From: a virus
Strand: one strand, 5' to 3'
Length of the DNA stretch: 64,000 nt
Virus record (IMG/VR): IMGVR_UViG_3300017934_000005
Coordinates: 32,676-96,675 of that record
A model generated the notes under the pieces. The model was not told the DNA's origin. It was given only the letters and a program-made list of their open reading frames with translations, and did not search any database. Below, piece by piece: positions 61,266 through 64,000 of the stretch. Each line of letters begins with the position of its first letter. Position 1 is the first letter of the stretch. The translations under genes and the position numbers were made by a program.

Positions 61266-61940
61266 TTAGGATTCTTTGCTGCGCACAGCGAATGTTACCA
61301 TTGGTGTGCCACGTTCTCCCTGTCCGTCTTTGCGAGACTCACAAACGCCAGTGTAGGGAAAATCACGAGAGACGTTATAATGGGTGTCAAATAAGGCTCT
61401 AATCTGGGAGTGAATCACGGAAACGGTAGGGTATTGCAATTTTCCGAAGTTTGCTCCTCCTGTGGCGCGTACACGCGAGATGCGGAATTTTCTTGCTAGG
61501 GCTTCGATCAATGAAGGGTTTCCGCGTGTGGTGAACGTACAGGAAAACTTAGCTATACGATGAATAGCTAGAGCCTGTAACGTTTTCAAGGCTTCCGGGT
61601 TGAATGCGAGTACGTCAAAATCTACTTGGACTATTTCGGGAAATTTGTCTAGGGCTTGCGTCATCGTGCCATGGAAAACCTGTCCACGATAGCGTGTCTT
61701 CTCCGCCCATTGTGCTAATCCTAGATAGGTTTGCAAATCCATTTCCACCATAATTTGACGGGCTTGTGGGAAACCTAAGGCTTCCCATTCTCGCACGTGT
61801 CTAGCGGCTCCTGTTGCTTTGCCTACCGTTCCGGCAATCGTACCTTTATTGGTTTCGCCCAGATGCGCATGGATAAAGGGTACAGATTTGTTTATCTTGC
61901 CCTTTGACGTTGTGGAATGTTTTTCGTGTATCATCGCCAT
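61266..61940 (-). CDS. Hypothetical early phage protein
   Basis: 224-aa ORF with RBS in the early cluster. Confidence 0.5.
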   Translation of the reverse strand: MAMIHEKHSTTSKGKINKSVPFIHAHLGETNKGTIAGTVGKATGAARHVREWEALGFPQARQIMVEMDLQTYLGLAQWAEKTRYRGQVFHGTMTQALDKFPEIVQVDFDVLAFNPEALKTLQALAIHRIAKFSCTFTTRGNPSLIEALARKFRISRVRATGGANFGKLQYPTVSVIHSQIRALFDTHYNVSRDFPYTGVCESRKDGQGERGTPMVTFAVRSKES

Positions 61941-62139
61941 TCCCTCGTGGGCTTTCCTGTTAGGATTTTATGCTCTTCGGTAATTGTGGTGTAGGCAATT
62001 CCGGCTTGAGATGTTCGATTGTCGGATTGGCATCATGGATCGTGATCGGTTTCGCTGTTATACGTCCCAAGATGAAGGACACGAAGACTAACGCCAGGAT
62101 CAAGCACACGATTGCGATTCGTTTCATGGTCTGGGCTCC

Positions 62140-62403
62140 TTAGCTGAGAAGAGCTTTAACGTCCGGTCTGTCTAGGACGCTGGACGCGGGCTCGGATTGG
62201 ACACGAACGATGACGAACGAAGCATCTATCCCGATATTGTCGCTAACAAGACTGCGTATTGCGTAACGCAAAACACGTTCGCGCACGGTCTGGGCTTTGT
62301 CGTTAATGCGCACGACAAGGTCTAGCACGTCGTGTGTTTGACCAGAATAATTCAACGCTTTAACATCGTTGAAAGCGTACAGCATTTCAATTAGTTCTTT
62401 CAT
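62140..62403 (-). CDS. Hypothetical protein (paralog of 62449..62829)
   Basis: AQTVRERVLRYAI vs AETARERVISYAI. Confidence 0.55.
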   Translation of the reverse strand: MKELIEMLYAFNDVKALNYSGQTHDVLDLVVRINDKAQTVRERVLRYAIRSLVSDNIGIDASFVIVRVQSEPASSVLDRPDVKALLS

Positions 62404-62448
62404 GGTCTAAGCTCCCTTGTTTCAGGCTTGTATGTATCTGTAGTGGCA

Positions 62449-62829
62449 TCATAAAACAGGTCCTAGCACATCAGAGATGGTATCATAACTGCCAGCGTCC
62501 AGGTATTGAATGGCGTAGCTAATAACTCGTTCGCGTGCGGTCTCCGCTACGGACCTTAAGTCTTGTTCCAATGGGATAATGCGACCAAGCTTCGCATTTG
62601 CAGCCTTGGCGTCCTCCAATTCGTCTAGGATGTCCACAAGCTGAAACACGCTGGAATTCTCTTCCCGTTCGCGTTCCGCGTGATAGGCTTCGAGAACATC
62701 GAAAATGCTATCGGACTTGGGAGCATTGGAAAGCTCGAATTCGATGAGGTCCACAAGCTCACCTTGCGAAGTATCTGAGCCCGTTCCGAATGCTGGCATT
62801 TTAAAGGTTTGAATCTGATAGACTGGCAT
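62449..62829 (-). CDS. Hypothetical protein, first gene of leftward early operon
   Basis: AAGGAG RBS; downstream of promoter at 62868-62895. Confidence 0.6.
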   Translation of the reverse strand: MPVYQIQTFKMPAFGTGSDTSQGELVDLIEFELSNAPKSDSIFDVLEAYHAEREREENSSVFQLVDILDELEDAKAANAKLGRIIPLEQDLRSVAETARERVISYAIQYLDAGSYDTISDVLGPVL

Positions 62830-62867
62830 CGTCTCGGCTCCTTTGTGCGCACACGTTGCGCAGTCTC

Positions 62868-62895
62868 AGGATATCATATCCTAGGATGATGTCAA
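62868..62895 (-). promoter_or_regulatory. Sigma70-type promoter
   Basis: TTGACA-16 bp-TATCCT with TG extension. Confidence 0.6.
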
Positions 62896-62947
62896 GCCTA
62901 TTCGCCTGACTAATTGAGCACAATTTAGTACTATGTAAAAATTACCG

Positions 62948-63424
62948 TCAGGATACGCGGAAAATAAAACCGTCTTTTTGAACAAATTGGTGAGATGGAA
63001 TAGGCTCGAATCCGCCTAGCATGATTCCTTCTTTGCGCTGGTGACAGATTTTGTGCATTAGTTGTAGGTTGTCTAACTCATTGCATTTTCGCTTAGCATC
63101 TCGGAAGGATAACTCGCCTGAGAAGACGGAACGAGCCCAGAATGAGACCGGCTTAATGTGGTGGATGTGCCGCTCATCTCCGTCTTCGATAGGCTCGTTA
63201 CACTCAATGCAGAGGCTTTTCTGTTTTTTGAATAGACGCGAGATAAGCGAGGTCCTTCGACTCTGAATATCCCAACGCAAGACTGCCAATACATCTTGAT
63301 AGGAGACGTTTACCTGAACTGTCTCAGTCTCGGGTTTAGGAGTCGGCTCTTCGACTTGTGCAGTCTTTGGATCACTCTCCGTAAAAAATTGACCGTCTCT
63401 GAGTACTCGTTTACCTAACCTCAT
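62948..63424 (-). CDS. HNH endonuclease
   Basis: CIECNE...HIHHIKP...NLQLMHKICH. Confidence 0.8.
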   Translation of the reverse strand: MRLGKRVLRDGQFFTESDPKTAQVEEPTPKPETETVQVNVSYQDVLAVLRWDIQSRRTSLISRLFKKQKSLCIECNEPIEDGDERHIHHIKPVSFWARSVFSGELSFRDAKRKCNELDNLQLMHKICHQRKEGIMLGGFEPIPSHQFVQKDGFIFRVS

Positions 63425-63473
63425 AATGTGATTCTCCTCTAAGCTTATGTTTTCAACGATTTAGTGATTGGCG

Positions 63474-63621
63474 GAATGTGAGGAATACTGAGTGTCAGAT
63501 AAACCGTATAGTGAGGGAGTACTGAGGCTTCTCATGCGAGGTTCATACCCCTTGGAACAATACTAATCCTATTCTCTCCCTCACTTATGGCATTTTCTGA
63601 CACTCAGTAACGCTCACATTC
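63474..63621. repeat. Long interrupted inverted repeat
   Basis: Nested arms GAATGTGAG/CTCACATTC, TACTGAGTGTCAGA/TCTGACACTCAGTA, AGTGAGGGAG/CTCCCTCACT. Confidence 0.85.
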
Positions 63622-63736
63622 TGACATTCTCTGTTTGGATAGGAACGCGAATAAAAAGTAATAGGACATTCTGACAAATAGGCGAACGCTGAGCGAATCG
63701 CTTAATGTTTTCAGTGAATTACAGCGAAAATGGATA

Positions 63737-63763
63737 ATCGCGTTCCTATTCAAACCTATATTA
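63737..63763 (+). promoter_or_regulatory. Phage-specific promoter-like motif, rightward copy
   Basis: ATCGCGTTCCTATTCAAACCTATATTA; partial leftward copy at ~63633-63651. Confidence 0.6.
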
Positions 63764-64000
63764 TCAGGGAGAACACGCTAGAATGCGGTCTCCTGAACGT
63801 CAAGAACGCAAGCACGAGCCAAGCCGTAGAGACGCGAGGACCGGATCACAGCAAACGACAGCGAAGCTAGAATTTAGCGTGATTGTCAGAACGTGGGAAC
63901 GTCCGATTGATTGTCAGAATGTGCTAGGCGAAATGAGCGAAACGAAACCCGCAGAGCCGATATTTCCTGTTTCAATCATTAGCGTAATGATTGCAAGGCG

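Noticed and set aside
1-64000. CRISPR array, retron or diversity-generating retroelement
   Set aside because: No regularly spaced repeats, cas genes, reverse transcriptase or template/variable repeat pair were seen.

Overview
Part of a large dsDNA bacteriophage (or prophage) genome. One + strand virion-type gene, open at the window edge, converges on about 62 kb of densely packed - strand genes. These include a tyrosine integrase, many small hypothetical proteins, lysis enzymes (SLT, GH108, spanin-like), an RNA-repair set (RtcB, Rnl2-type ligase, phosphoesterases), recombination and replication genes (PD-(D/E)XK nuclease, UvrD, split family-A polymerase, primase-polymerase, SNF2 helicase), nucleotide-metabolism genes (ThyX, dCMP deaminase, MazG/dNTPase-like), GroES and several HNH/EndoVII/LAGLIDADG endonucleases. 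Four non-ORF signals stand out. (1) An IS1595-family element and two related non-autonomous gene cassettes are each inserted exactly 11 bp upstream of a TTGACA -35 box. (2) An ~830-nt structured-RNA island contains two tRNA-like scaffolds whose D-loops carry the same covarying 29-nt module. (3) A covarying pseudoknot RNA motif occurs twice, each time 5' of a gene. (4) A repeated phage-specific promoter-like motif occurs five times. All protein calls come from motif recognition by eye; no searches were run.
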